Positions 11,066-22,539 of a stretch of DNA of 64,000 bases are shown here, piece by piece. The translations under genes and the position numbers were made by a program. This DNA is from Tortispora ganteri (taxonomy: Eukaryota): contig PPNB01000018.1 of the NCBI GenBank assembly GCA_003707115.1, positions 62,001 to 126,000 on the forward strand, in the 5' to 3' direction. Every line of letters begins with the position of its first letter. The stretch's first letter is position 1. Under the pieces are notes generated by a model. The model had not been told where the DNA came from. It did not search any database and saw only the letters and a program-made list of their open reading frames with translations.

Positions 11066-11440
11066 AAAAAGCACGACAGTGGAGTTAATACCTTAATGTG
11101 AATGACAGGGACGATATTATAACCTAAAATAGTAATTGCGGCTGGATGTGAAAACTTTAAAACTTTTTTTTTTTCTTCTTTACTTCTTGCCTTGAGACGA
11201 AGAAGGAACCAATACCTGTTTTTTAAACTTGGGCTCGATCGCCACCGAGAAGGTTTCATTATTTGCTGTTTATTGTTTACTGGAGGTATATATATTGTGT
11301 AATCAGGAGAATAATTGATTACGGTTGTTGATACCTGAGTGCTTGTACGAATTACGACAAAAGGCGAAGGAGAAAAGAAGGTGCTGCTTGAAGGATTGAT
11401 GAGGGTTGTAGTGACTATTTGGTTATAATTATTGCACTTG

Positions 11441-13291
11441 ATGACTAAAGATTATACGAATACAACGACTGTCTTTGACGCATATATTGTGTTGTACATT
11501 GCGACAACATGCGATGACAAAGGGATACATACTAGCAAAGAGATGATGGAGATTATTGAACTTGCATGGTCGATCTGTGACGCTAATACTATTGATACAT
11601 GGACTATGGGGTCGGCAAGGATAAAACCTCAAACTTCTTGTGTGAATGAAATCTGTACTTCATTGACGAACTTAACTGACGATGACTTAAAAGATGCTGG
11701 GTCTTTAGACGCCGCGCTTGATCTTCTGCATACAGATATCGAGACTCATTTGCTTGCTCACAATAAATCTTTTGCATTTGTTACTTTTAACGCATGGGAT
11801 ATTCGAGTGCAGTTAATTAAAGACGCCTTCGATAAAGGTGCACATTTGAAACCTTACTTGCGGCACCCTAAGGTGTTTGATCTTAGATCAGAATGTGGTC
11901 ATTGGTGCCTACGTTATCCTAGCGCGCCTCTACAATCTCCGAATTCGCTACAGAATATCTACAATATTTTGGATATTTCTAGTGACTCTGGAGCTGGTGA
12001 AGTTGCGAGGCTATTACTTAAACCCGCGCGCAGCGGAGATGAAGAAATTTTGCTGGTAACTCAAGCTCTGCGTACATTGAAACGAAAATCTACGCCTACC
12101 GAAGAATATCCGGAAGTGCTGACAATGCCGCTAGACTCATGGGCAGATTTATGTGCATTTATGTCTGAACAGTCTCGAGTGTTGTTCCTCAGTAACCTGC
12201 CTATAGAGACAACACAGGGCGAGCTGGAGCAATTTTTTGTACATTATGAGAAAGTGAAACCGCAAGCGTATTGGACTTTACGGACGCCTGACCTCCTGAG
12301 ATCTTCTGGTACTGGTATTGTTGTTTTTGAGACTCATGAGGACGCGTCAAAATGTCTTGTTTTAAACGGCCGTTCAATTAACGAGCAGCCCATTGAAGTT
12401 TCTGCATCTTCCAATACGATCCTGGAACGTGCTCGCGACATTCTGACATCTTTTCCAGTTAATAAGAATCGTCCTCGTCCTGGAGATTGGAACTGTCCTA
12501 TGTGCGGCTTCTCGAACTTCCAGCGGCGCGCGTACTGCTTCAGATGTTCGTCGCCATCACCTGCTGCTGCTTTTACCGGTCATCACCAGCACCACCAGCA
12601 TGGGTACAGTCACGGTACGGGCACGCAACAACACCGACATAGCGGTGGAGCTTCTAATGTTGTCCCTTTTAGAGCGGGTGATTGGAAGTGCGGCACTGAA
12701 GGCTGCGGTTACCACAATTTTGCAAAAAACGTCTCGTGCTTGCGGTGTGGTGCGTCACGAGCATCTGCAGCGATCATTGCCGATTCTACTAGCGTCGACA
12801 GCCTCAATAGCCAATCAGGTCCGTCTAGCCGTGCGCCGGCGCATTCCACTCATTCCACGCAGTCTGCACATTTGCGCCGACAATACAATGGCTCTGCGCG
12901 TGATATGAACGGCACGGTAGGCCCATCGAATATGTTGAAACGTCCACCAAGCGTTCCTGCCACGTCACCTGGAGGTGTGTCGCATTCTAGCGGGCTACGT
13001 TCTTTTGGTGTCGAAGGCTCAGCATCTACAAGCATCCTACCGACAGTGCCGCTTGATGGGTTTGCGCCGTCGCCGCTGGCTTTGCCGAGATCGAGTATTG
13101 GCAGTCCAATGTTAACTACAGGCGTAACCGGACGTCATAGCGATGAGATCAGCATGAGTGCGTCATCGCTTTCACTAGACGCTTTGTCTTTGGATGACAA
13201 CATCCGGCTTTCTACGCAGTATGCGCAACATGAGCCGCTGAAGGGGAAACATCAAAAATCGATTTTCTTCGGTGACGCAAGGGCTGCTTAA
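11441..13291 (+). CDS. NRP1: RNA-binding protein: exonuclease-like domain, RRM and two RanBP2 zinc fingers
   Basis: ATTCDD..EIIELAW N-terminal domain, RRM (VLFLSNLP), RPGDWNCPMCGFSNFQRRAYCFRC and FRAGDWKC..CGYHNFAKNVSCLRC; first ATG 11441. Confidence 0.88.
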   Translation: MTKDYTNTTTVFDAYIVLYIATTCDDKGIHTSKEMMEIIELAWSICDANTIDTWTMGSARIKPQTSCVNEICTSLTNLTDDDLKDAGSLDAALDLLHTDIETHLLAHNKSFAFVTFNAWDIRVQLIKDAFDKGAHLKPYLRHPKVFDLRSECGHWCLRYPSAPLQSPNSLQNIYNILDISSDSGAGEVARLLLKPARSGDEEILLVTQALRTLKRKSTPTEEYPEVLTMPLDSWADLCAFMSEQSRVLFLSNLPIETTQGELEQFFVHYEKVKPQAYWTLRTPDLLRSSGTGIVVFETHEDASKCLVLNGRSINEQPIEVSASSNTILERARDILTSFPVNKNRPRPGDWNCPMCGFSNFQRRAYCFRCSSPSPAAAFTGHHQHHQHGYSHGTGTQQHRHSGGASNVVPFRAGDWKCGTEGCGYHNFAKNVSCLRCGASRASAAIIADSTSVDSLNSQSGPSSRAPAHSTHSTQSAHLRRQYNGSARDMNGTVGPSNMLKRPPSVPATSPGGVSHSSGLRSFGVEGSASTSILPTVPLDGFAPSPLALPRSSIGSPMLTTGVTGRHSDEISMSASSLSLDALSLDDNIRLSTQYAQHEPLKGKHQKSIFFGDARAA

Positions 13292-13467
13292 CCGAAGAGA
13301 CCCCAGTGCGCACTGCTTATAACCGACTATTTTTTACATATGGGAACATGATACACGACTAGGCTACAGGAATAGGAGGAGAATTACTCAATTACGGCTA
13401 AAATTAGCAGGTACTGGGCTCGGAGCTCGAATTTAGTGAAATAAATTGATATTCAATTATTAATGCG

Positions 13468-13555
13468 TAGGGTTCGTGGGCCGTTAGGGCTAAGTTGGAA
13501 TTAAAAAAATTTAGAGGCCGGGTAACAAGACACTTTTTCCCTCCTAAAAAATTTT
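13468..13555 (+). promoter_or_regulatory. eEF2 promoter with Tbf1-like (TAGGGTT, TTAGGGCTA), Reb1-like (CCGGGTAA) and AAAAATTTT elements
   Basis: Motifs at 13468, 13484, 13518 and 13547. Confidence 0.5.
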
Positions 13556-13695
13556 GCCCCAGCAGGTTAACTACTACAGTCACCTGCAATAGAACCTGCA
13601 GCCACTTTTATTTCGAGTGATTTTCTTTTATTACCGGTCATTTTTCTAGATTTTAGTTGTATTTTTTTGATAACTGTCTAGTTTAATAAAGAAAA

Positions 13696-16224
13696 ATGGT
13701 TGCTTTCACAATTGACCAGATCCGTGAACTTATGGATCATGTGACCAACGTCCGCAATATCTCGGTCATTGCCCACGTTGATCACGGTAAATCCACTTTA
13801 ACTGACTCTTTGGTCCAACGCGCCGGTATCATTTCCGCTGCTAAGGCCGGTGAAGCTCGTTTTACTGATACTCGTGCCGACGAACAGGAACGTGGTATTA
13901 CTATCAAGTCTACCGCCATCTCCCTCTATGCTGAACTTGGCGATGAGGATGTCAAGGATATCGCCCAAAAGACTGACGGTAACTCTTTCCTCATCAATCT
14001 CATAGACTCTCCGGGACACGTTGACTTCTCTTCTGAAGTAACTGCCGCTCTCCGTGTCACCGATGGTGCCCTTGTCGTCGTCGACGCTGTCGAAGGTGTC
14101 TGTGTCCAGACCGAGACTGTCTTGCGTCAGGCTCTTGGTGAGCGTATCAAGCCTGTTGTCATCATTAACAAGGTCGATCGTACTTTGCTCGAACTTCAGG
14201 TTACCAAGGAGGATCTCTACTCCTCTTTCTCCCGTACCGTCGAGTCCGTCAACGTCATCATTGCTACTTACCTCGACAAGTCCCTTGGCGATGTCCAGGT
14301 CTACCCCGAGAAGGGTACCGTCGCTTTCGGTTCCGGTCTTCACGGATGGGCTTTCACCGTTCGCCAATTCGCCGTCCGTTACGCCAAGAAGTTCGGTGTG
14401 GACCGCCAGAAAATGATGGAGCGTCTCTGGGGTGATAACTACTTCAACCCCAAGACTAAGAAATGGTCCAAGTCCGGCACCGATGCCGACGGTAAGCCTC
14501 TTGAACGTGCTTTCAACACTTTTATTCTCGACCCCATATTCCGTATCTTCGATGCAATCATGAACTTCCGCAAAGAAGAAACCGCTACCCTTCTCCAGAA
14601 GCTCGATATCCAACTCAAGGGTGACGAGAAAGACCTCGAAGGTAAGGCTCTCCTTAAGGTCGTTATGCGCAAGTTCTTGCCTGCTGCTGATGCTCTCCTT
14701 GAAATGATCGTGCTCCATCTTCCTTCCCCCATCACTGCCCAGGGATACCGTGCAGACACCCTCTACGAGGGTCCCAGCGACGATGAGGCATGCATTTCAA
14801 TACGCGAATGTAACCCCAAGGCTCCTCTTATGCTCTATGTTTCTAAGATGGTTCCCACTTCCGATAAGGGTCGTTTCTACGCTTTTGGTCGTGTCTTCGC
14901 CGGTACCGTCCGTTCCGGTTTGAAGGTCCGCATCCAGGGACCTAACTACGTTCCCGGAAAGAAGGATGATCTTTTCATCAAGCCTATCCAGCGTACTGTC
15001 CTCATGATGGGCCGCTACATTGAGCCCATTGACGATGTTCCTGCTGGTAACATTGTCGGTCTTGTCGGTATTGATCAGTTTTTGCTCAAGTCCGGTACTC
15101 TTACTACCTCCGAAACCGCTCACAACCTCAAGGTTATGAAGTTTTCCGTATCCCCTGTGGTACAGGTTGCTGTTGAGGTCAAGAATGCCTCTGATTTGCC
15201 CAAGTTGGTCGAAGGTCTAAAGCGTTTGTCTAAGTCTGACCCTTGCGTTCTCACCACCATGAACGAGTCCGGTGAACATATTGTTGCCGGTACTGGTGAG
15301 CTCCACTTAGAAATCTGCTTAAAGGATTTGCAAGAAGACCATGCTGGTGTCCCTCTCCGCATTTCTCCTCCTGTTGTCGCTTATCGTGAGACAGTTAACA
15401 CTCAATCTCGCATGACCGCTTTATCCAAGTCCCCTAACAAGCACAATCGTATCTTCCTTACTGCTGAGCCCATGGACGAGGAGCTATGCGCTGCTATTGA
15501 AAGCGGAGTTATCTCTCCCCGTGACGATTTCAAGACCCGTGCTCGTCTCATGGCTGACGATTTCGGTTGGGATGTCACTGACGCCCGTAAAATCTGGTGT
15601 TTCGGTCCCGATGGTGTTGGTGCCAACTTGGTTATTGACCAGACCAAAGCTGTCCAGTACTTACAGGAAATCAAGGATTCTTGCGTTGCAGCCTTCCAAT
15701 GGGCTACTAAGGAAGGTCCTGTCTTTGGCGAGAACATGCGTGGTATCCGTTTCAACATTTTGGATGTTGTTCTCCATGCTGATGCTATTCATCGTGGAGG
15801 TGGCCAGATCATCCCCACTTTCCGTCGTGTGTGCTACGCTGCTATGCTTTTGGCTGAGCCCCGTATTCAAGAGCCTGTTTTCTTGGTTGAGATCCAGTGC
15901 CCTGAGAACGCTATTGGTGGTATTTACTCTGTTCTTAACAAGAAGCGTGGACAAGTTGTCTCTGAGGAGCAACGTCCAGGTACCCCCTTGTTTACTGTGA
16001 AGGCGTACTTGCCCGTCAACGAGTCTTTCGGATTCACTGGTGAGCTCCGTCAGGCTACCGGTGGTCAGGCTTTCCCCCAGATGGTGTTTGATCACTGGAC
16101 CACTATGAGCGGTGATCCTCTTGACCCTACCTCTAAGCCCGGTACTATTGTTACTGAGGGCCGCAAGCGTCACGGTTTGAAGGAAGGTGTTCCTGGCTAC
16201 GAGGAGTACTACGACAAGTTGTAA
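13696..16224 (+). CDS. EFT2: Translation elongation factor 2
   Basis: [24 protein letters not shown], diphthamide loop [11 protein letters not shown]; 842 aa; strong codon bias. Confidence 0.99.
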   Translation: MVAFTIDQIRELMDHVTNVRNISVIAHVDHGKSTLTDSLVQRAGIISAAKAGEARFTDTRADEQERGITIKSTAISLYAELGDEDVKDIAQKTDGNSFLINLIDSPGHVDFSSEVTAALRVTDGALVVVDAVEGVCVQTETVLRQALGERIKPVVIINKVDRTLLELQVTKEDLYSSFSRTVESVNVIIATYLDKSLGDVQVYPEKGTVAFGSGLHGWAFTVRQFAVRYAKKFGVDRQKMMERLWGDNYFNPKTKKWSKSGTDADGKPLERAFNTFILDPIFRIFDAIMNFRKEETATLLQKLDIQLKGDEKDLEGKALLKVVMRKFLPAADALLEMIVLHLPSPITAQGYRADTLYEGPSDDEACISIRECNPKAPLMLYVSKMVPTSDKGRFYAFGRVFAGTVRSGLKVRIQGPNYVPGKKDDLFIKPIQRTVLMMGRYIEPIDDVPAGNIVGLVGIDQFLLKSGTLTTSETAHNLKVMKFSVSPVVQVAVEVKNASDLPKLVEGLKRLSKSDPCVLTTMNESGEHIVAGTGELHLEICLKDLQEDHAGVPLRISPPVVAYRETVNTQSRMTALSKSPNKHNRIFLTAEPMDEELCAAIESGVISPRDDFKTRARLMADDFGWDVTDARKIWCFGPDGVGANLVIDQTKAVQYLQEIKDSCVAAFQWATKEGPVFGENMRGIRFNILDVVLHADAIHRGGGQIIPTFRRVCYAAMLLAEPRIQEPVFLVEIQCPENAIGGIYSVLNKKRGQVVSEEQRPGTPLFTVKAYLPVNESFGFTGELRQATGGQAFPQMVFDHWTTMSGDPLDPTSKPGTIVTEGRKRHGLKEGVPGYEEYYDKL

Positions 16225-16251
16225 GCGTTATGGCACGTACCAAAAAGATTA

Positions 16252-17139
16252 TTATCGAATTGTTTTCACTGAAGTTGTGCTGTAGTTTATTTGGTGTAGT
16301 TTCTTTGCGGAAGATCTTTTCTTCCGTCTATTTGATGCGTCGAGTGGTCGTGAAGATGTGATGTATTCGTAGTCCTGAAAGATTTCATAGGACGAATTGC
16401 GCGACTTGAATTGAGTCCAATACTCGTCGCGATAGGATTCCCAGGAGGCGCGAACGTCGGGTCTTATGCCTTTGGCGAGAAGGGTGAGTTTGACGTGTGA
16501 CCTGGAAATTCCGCCGTAGCGATAAAGCGGCGTGTGGTATACGCGCGACCTTTTGCTTTTGATAGCGCCAATGTATCGGAAGAACCAGTGGCAAAAAGCA
16601 GGGACCGAGTAGAAGAGGAGATGGTATGCGTAGAGACAGGAGCCGACAATATTGTCCTTGAGGACGACGAGAAGAGAGCGGTGAACTAGGACTAGGCGGA
16701 GATTGAATTGCCTGAGTGCCTTATTTGCATGTGGTATAAATCTTCGTGGGTATGTGATGCCTCGGCTATACATGCCGGAGAGATAGAAAATAATCCAAGA
16801 GACTGCGCCGAATACGAGGCTTATGCGGTTGAGAAAAAGGAAGTAAGCGTATTTTGAAGGACTGATGAAGACTGCATAGACAAAATAAAATATCCATAAG
16901 TATATACCGGTAAGAAAGATAATGTACATGCGACGACGATTGCGCAATATTAGGAATTGTGCGCGAAGCGATTCTTCGAGGATTAACAGGTCAGGGAACA
17001 TAGTTTCTGGTTTAGCATAGTCAGATCGAGGCGCATCTGGGGTGTGTAAAGCTGCAGGGAATGAGTATGTTACTGTTATTTCATCTACACCACTTTTAAT
17101 GTCGCTTTCATTCGGTATCGGTGGGGTTTCATCCGTCAT
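16252..17139 (-). CDS. SPO7: Nem1-Spo7 phosphatase regulatory subunit
   Basis: DLLILEESLRAQF..LRNRRR.Y, two TM segments, YPRRFIPHANKALRQFNLRLV, WESYRDEYW. Confidence 0.9.
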   Translation of the reverse strand: MTDETPPIPNESDIKSGVDEITVTYSFPAALHTPDAPRSDYAKPETMFPDLLILEESLRAQFLILRNRRRMYIIFLTGIYLWIFYFVYAVFISPSKYAYFLFLNRISLVFGAVSWIIFYLSGMYSRGITYPRRFIPHANKALRQFNLRLVLVHRSLLVVLKDNIVGSCLYAYHLLFYSVPAFCHWFFRYIGAIKSKRSRVYHTPLYRYGGISRSHVKLTLLAKGIRPDVRASWESYRDEYWTQFKSRNSSYEIFQDYEYITSSRPLDASNRRKKRSSAKKLHQINYSTTSVKTIR

Positions 17140-17335
17140 TATGGCAGAATGAGGCCAATGACGGTGCAGTAGGGGTGATTGGATGAGTTGGGTGGGACAA
17201 GTGGAGGTGGGCGTCTAGGGCGGGCGCAGGCGACTAAGTGAGAGAGAAGGTCGAATAGTGAAGGTCACCCTTAAGAACGCTAAGTAGAAAGGTTTTATTC
17301 TGTAGGTAATAAGATAAGAACAGTCTGCTGGCTAA

Positions 17336-18533
17336 TTAAAGACGACTGATGACCTGTTCGGTGTAATGTTTGGTGGAGGCAGTGCCCTTGAGATCGCGGG
17401 TGATATTGGCGGGACCAGACGCAAGTGTAGCGAGAATGGCAGACTCGATTTTGTCAGCATACTCGTTGAGCTTCATGTGACGAAGCATCATCATTGAAGA
17501 GAGCAGCAGGGCAGTAGGGTTGGCGAGACCCTTGCCGGCAATATCCGGGGCAGATCCGTGTACGGCCTCGAAGATAGATACTTTGTCACCCATATTACCC
17601 GAGGGAGTTAGACCCAGACCTCCGATCAGACCGGAACACATGTCAGACAGAATGTCACCGTAAAGGTTAGGCATGACCATAACAACAGGCTTATAGGGCT
17701 CGGGGTCAGTGACCATTTTGAGGCAGGTGTTATCGAGGATCTCGGATTCGAGCGTGATACCCGGGAATTCTTTGGCAATATCTTCAGCAGTCTTCAAGAA
17801 TAGACCATCAGACATCTTCATAATGGATGCCTTGTGGACTACAAGAACGCGGGTCTTACCGATGGACTGGGCATACTGAAAAGCGTACCTGATAACGCGC
17901 TCGCAAGCAGGACGGGTGATGAGCTTGATGCTCTGGACGACACCTGGGACAACAACATGTTCAATTCCAGAGTACTCACCCTCTGTATTTTCGCGGATGA
18001 GGACGGTGTCTACGTTATCGTAGGCGGTTGCACAACCTTCAATAGACTTGCAGGGTCTGACGTTCGCGAATAAGTTGAATGTGCGGCGGAGGGTCAAGTT
18101 GAGAGAGACATGTCCCTTGCCTACAGGAGTCGCAAGAGGGCCCTTGAGCGCGACAAGATTGCGGTTTATAGATTCGATAGCAGCGTCAGGGATCGCTGTG
18201 CGGCCTTCCTTGATAATCGGAGTAACATCGACTGGCTCCCACTCTATGGGTACACCGGCAGCCGCATAGATATCCTTAACAGCCTGGGAGATTTCAACAC
18301 CGATACCGTCACCCTCAATCATAGTAACTGTGTATTTTCCATTGGCATTCTTTTTGCCGTTGTATGCGGCCACGTTGGATGAAGCATGTCTAATGGACTA
18401 CGATGTTAGTAACTATAAGAGAAACGGTTTCGCTAATTGCGTCCAACTGGAACTTCGTTATATGATTAACACTTACATTGCGCAAAACAGAAGCTTGCAA
18501 TAAAGATCGCTTAAATAACATTCGAGAAGCCAT
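17336..18533 (-). CDS. IDH2: Mitochondrial NAD-dependent isocitrate dehydrogenase catalytic subunit; exons 18533-18477 and 18397-17336
   Basis: [56 protein letters not shown]; splicing gives presequence [26 protein letters not shown] in frame. Confidence 0.95.
18398..18476 (-). other. Spliceosomal intron in IDH2 (79 nt, phase 0)
   Basis: GTAAGT donor, TACTAAC at 18411-18405, TAG acceptor; restores frame and mitochondrial presequence. Confidence 0.9.
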
Positions 18534-18745
18534 CTTTTAAATCAATTTGACTAGAAAAGTGTCTATGTCTCTTTCTAAGCTGCTGCAGAGATAATCCTGG
18601 TAAATAACCCGGGATCCCGAAAGTTTATTTGTAGTAAAATTACAGAGAGAGAGAAAAAAACTCTAATTTGTACGTGTTGCTATGCCAAGCCTGTTCACCT
18701 AGCGCGCACCACCAGGCCTACTACAACTGGTGCAAGTCAATAAGT

Positions 18746-21232
18746 ATGGACCGCCAGCTGCTGGAGTTCTATGACATCCCGTCGCTAGACCCAGTTGAAT
18801 GGACAGAATCTGATGTATCTAATATGCATAATGATCATAGATCTGGTGATTATGATGGCATGTCAACCGAACAGCTGCTGCAACTGCTGCACAATGACGC
18901 GCCTGAGCTCAAAGACCTCGTAGGCAAAAATCTCGACCAATTCGTGCTTATTAAAACAGTCATGGACTCTGTATCTCAACAAATGAATTCTCGTGAATAC
19001 GGCTCGCTTAATCCGACACCTGCCGATGATATCGTTCACGATCTAGATCATGTGACTACAACTATCGACAAGATCATGGACCCCGTACTCGAAAATCGCA
19101 AGACTATTCGACAGCTTCATACCGCTCTGTCTACCAGCGAGAAAGATTCAGCCATATTTGATATGCCCTCAAAGCTTTATGAAAGCTGTACTGCATTTAA
19201 TCACGCTGAAGTTATCGCTAACTACAACAAGCTACGTGTTGCTCGCGCCATGTTCGCAAACATGTATGATAAGTCATCAACCACGCCGCAAAATCTCGTC
19301 CGGTTTAAAATTTTTTCGGTATGCTCTCAACAGTGCGATGATATTATTGAACCTTACAAAGAACGCGTCTGGAATACGCTCGACAGCGTCGGTGTTGACT
19401 CCAACTACATGGAACTTATAGACATTTTGCTCACATTAGGTGTTGAAGACAATCCCATCATCGTCTGGCTCGACCGCCGCTGTCAGGATCTCCAGAGCAG
19501 GCTTAACCACTTGTTTTCCAGCCATTCACATATAATCACACGCAAACATCGCGCGCTGCTCGAACGAACCGTCGGCGAGTCTCACGAACCGCTATACAGG
19601 AGAGCCGCAATCCTCTCTCAACAATCCCTGGTTCAAAATAATAGTCTTGACCTTCTTGAAAATTCAGATGTCTTTGCATTATGGACTGCTATAACTACGC
19701 TGATTGACGACTACATGTCTACCGCTGCCTCCGAACTCTCAGCGCTGTGGGACGTCGCATATAGCTTCATGTCTCAACAGCGCCAATCTCAACTCAGTCG
19801 CGGATGGAATGGCACATCTAGCCATCATCTGTCTCTCTCAGATACAGAAAAGGCTGCTATACGATCTGATATCAAGCAGCTGTTGGATTCCGTGGCACAG
19901 AAAATCGGTGCCTTCTTTTTAGACCCCTGCCAACTAGCGATCATCGATTCGGTGGAAAACAAAAATCTCCAGAGATCGCTCTCTTATGCATTTCTTCCAC
20001 CAGGTACAAGCAGCCTTGAAGCTGTATGGTACTGTCAAAAGCTTCTTTCATCGCTCAATCGCTCGTTCACAGAGTTGGGCAACATAAATATATCCTCATC
20101 TTCTACCGAAACCGTCCGTTCCCTGCTTACTGCTATTAGAGAGAGAATAATAGGAGGTTTAGCATCGCTCTGGGTTATCGACAGCGCAGCATTGCCCCAT
20201 ATAGACCTCTATAACACTGACACCGATATGCATCACGGCTCTACCGACCTGCCGAAAATCATCGAAAACTACAACACGGCCTTTCTGAAGGGCGTCCGAA
20301 AGCTGCTTGTGCTCGACACTGAAGACGACACTGAAAACAGTGTGGTGTCCGAGAACGCTATCATTGTGACGCAGCCTTCGACAATGATCTACAGCGGACT
20401 GCACACTCAGTTTGTCAGTATATGCACAAACACGTTCCAAGAAATGGTTGATCTGCTCGACGAGAATGTAATCTCTGACGAACGGAGCCTGTTGATTGAA
20501 ACAGACGCCGACCCTATCGAAGCGCTGTTTACACCAGGAAGAATTGCACGGGACTTCTCAGCTGAGAACCGCGCTACAGCTACAGAAACTCGGCTACTTC
20601 TGACTCTCGGGAACCTCGAAGAATTAAGAAGTAAAATCTTTCCGGAATTGAGCAGCAAATTCAGCGATATCGTTTCCACAGTTTCTTCACCGCCACTACA
20701 CGCGGCATACGATCTCGCGGTCTCGCTAGAGGAACGGCTATTTGAAGCGTTTATTTTGCCGAAACGTAAGGCAATTAGTGAGAATATTCGCGACGGCATA
20801 CTCTCTGTCAAAGGGTTGTGGGAGAAAACAAGTAAACCTGTTGATGTGCAAGGATTTGCATTTGAATCACTGCTGCTTTTTGTTCTTACGCATGCGCAGA
20901 TCAAGAATCTAAGTCGCGAGTTCCGACAGCGTGTGTTTGCTACACTCACAGTGTATGCGTTTCAAACTATCATGGAATCGGTGCGAAATATCGAACGATT
21001 CTCGAAGAACGGTGTACTTCAGATCGTAATTGACTTAACTTTCATTAACGAAGTATGCAAGCAGTTTGTCACAAAAGAGTCTGAATCACTATTGCAACGG
21101 GCTGTCTCTTCGATTCAGACTACATCTAACATCAATGTTCCTACGCAGGGCCCGGACTTCGAGTTTGTTGAGCAGATTGTAAACAAGGCTATGAAAGCCA
21201 CACACGAAGAGTACAACTGCCTAACTGGCTGA
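18746..21232 (+). CDS. SEC5: Exocyst subunit Sec5
   Basis: LLEFYDIPSLDP N-terminus, LKDLVGKNLDQFV, LLTLGVEDNPIIVWL, RLLLTLGNL, GVLQIVIDLTFI; first ATG 18746. Confidence 0.82.
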   Translation: MDRQLLEFYDIPSLDPVEWTESDVSNMHNDHRSGDYDGMSTEQLLQLLHNDAPELKDLVGKNLDQFVLIKTVMDSVSQQMNSREYGSLNPTPADDIVHDLDHVTTTIDKIMDPVLENRKTIRQLHTALSTSEKDSAIFDMPSKLYESCTAFNHAEVIANYNKLRVARAMFANMYDKSSTTPQNLVRFKIFSVCSQQCDDIIEPYKERVWNTLDSVGVDSNYMELIDILLTLGVEDNPIIVWLDRRCQDLQSRLNHLFSSHSHIITRKHRALLERTVGESHEPLYRRAAILSQQSLVQNNSLDLLENSDVFALWTAITTLIDDYMSTAASELSALWDVAYSFMSQQRQSQLSRGWNGTSSHHLSLSDTEKAAIRSDIKQLLDSVAQKIGAFFLDPCQLAIIDSVENKNLQRSLSYAFLPPGTSSLEAVWYCQKLLSSLNRSFTELGNINISSSSTETVRSLLTAIRERIIGGLASLWVIDSAALPHIDLYNTDTDMHHGSTDLPKIIENYNTAFLKGVRKLLVLDTEDDTENSVVSENAIIVTQPSTMIYSGLHTQFVSICTNTFQEMVDLLDENVISDERSLLIETDADPIEALFTPGRIARDFSAENRATATETRLLLTLGNLEELRSKIFPELSSKFSDIVSTVSSPPLHAAYDLAVSLEERLFEAFILPKRKAISENIRDGILSVKGLWEKTSKPVDVQGFAFESLLLFVLTHAQIKNLSREFRQRVFATLTVYAFQTIMESVRNIERFSKNGVLQIVIDLTFINEVCKQFVTKESESLLQRAVSSIQTTSNINVPTQGPDFEFVEQIVNKAMKATHEEYNCLTG

Positions 21233-21250
21233 AAATAAAGCATTAGGTCG

Positions 21251-22402
21251 TTAAAGATCAACTACTGGTAATTTTATGTACACATCTGTGCCCCAACCGT
21301 AGTAGGTGCGCAGAGAAAACGTACCTCCGACAAATTCGACGTACGCTTTGCTGAGCGGCAGTCCGTAGCCCATTCCTGCGATAGTAGACCCGCCCCCGCC
21401 AGGCGGCGTGTTAAGAGTGCGGAACCCATCTCCTTCAGCAGCGTCGAACGTGGTGAACGAATAAGCGAAAATGTTTTTCTGCGTGCCAGGTGAGATACCA
21501 CCGGCGCTATCTCTGACTCTTATAGTGATGTCCTTTGGTGCCTTAGCTATTGTAATGATAACTGGCTTGTCGAGCTGGTTATTTTCGACGGTTGATCTGA
21601 AGGAGTTCTTAAATATTTCTGTCAAAATGTACTCGAGATGGACGGGGATATAGACCATTTCGACGTCGTTGCCGTGGTCAATTTTCCATTTCGGGGCCAC
21701 ACCGTACTTCATTTCGGACAGGTCGCTAACAAACTGTGCGCAGCTGCGGACGACGGCAGCTGGTTTTAGTTTAGTGTCAATTGCACCAATATATGAATCT
21801 GCTATCGGGTTTGTGAGCGCTATATGATGTTCTGCAAGAAGCCGTGTTCCAATTCTATCGCGAAGATGGAGATCAATGTAAGTGTTTATATCGACAGGGT
21901 TCATGTACTGTCTACATTCGTTAAACCCCTTTGAGAGCGTTTCTATTGTTTCTGAATGTAGTTGGACGAGGAACTCTAAGTCATCGACAAAATTAGCGTT
22001 TTGGGCGAGTGTCTTTGGCGTTTCGAAATTATATAGTTTCGCAAAAGAGGTTAGGTAGATGTTGTAGATCTTAGCGAGGTGCGGGTTCAGTAGCACAAGA
22101 TACGGCAAAGCTCTAAGCGCCTCCAGACGATGGGCTAACCTTATACGTATACGGTGGATTGTATCAGCGGCATTCTCAAGTAGAGTGTTTTCTGAATATG
22201 GTGGGAAGCCGAACTTGACGAGTTTGTGTACGTCGACCTTTTCCTGTGGGATTGCCCCGTATTCAGAAACCAAAAGCTCAGTATTGTGAATATCTTGAAT
22301 TCTTCTTTCTTTTTCGGCAAGCGATGAATAAAATTTGGTAGTTTTTGCAAAATTACAAGCAATATTACAGCTTTTTAAAGGCGATCTGCACGCACGCAGC
22401 AT
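21251..22402 (-). CDS. Mitochondrial alpha-ketoacid dehydrogenase kinase (PDK/BCKDK family, Pkp2-like)
   Basis: RIGTRLLAEHHIAL, HLEYILTEIFKNSFRSTVE, IRVRDSAGGI, IAGMGYGLPLSKAY; first ATG 22402 gives a presequence-like N-terminus. Confidence 0.9.
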   Translation of the reverse strand: MLRACRSPLKSCNIACNFAKTTKFYSSLAEKERRIQDIHNTELLVSEYGAIPQEKVDVHKLVKFGFPPYSENTLLENAADTIHRIRIRLAHRLEALRALPYLVLLNPHLAKIYNIYLTSFAKLYNFETPKTLAQNANFVDDLEFLVQLHSETIETLSKGFNECRQYMNPVDINTYIDLHLRDRIGTRLLAEHHIALTNPIADSYIGAIDTKLKPAAVVRSCAQFVSDLSEMKYGVAPKWKIDHGNDVEMVYIPVHLEYILTEIFKNSFRSTVENNQLDKPVIITIAKAPKDITIRVRDSAGGISPGTQKNIFAYSFTTFDAAEGDGFRTLNTPPGGGGSTIAGMGYGLPLSKAYVEFVGGTFSLRTYYGWGTDVYIKLPVVDL

Positions 22403-22539
22403 GATGACTGTTTCTTGGTGGGGAGACCAAGGTCTGAGTGTATACGTCTCCCAAATTTTAACCAATCACAGAGCTCTATTGGTTTAATAAATGAGAAGAA
22501 AAAATATCCACGAGTTTTCTACCTGCACTATTGTTCTTC

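Noticed and set aside
13798..16173. Long antisense and alternative-frame ORFs within eEF2 (also in RPL10, ALDH6, PST2)
   Set aside because: Expected shadow ORFs from strong codon bias in highly expressed genes; no recognisable protein features
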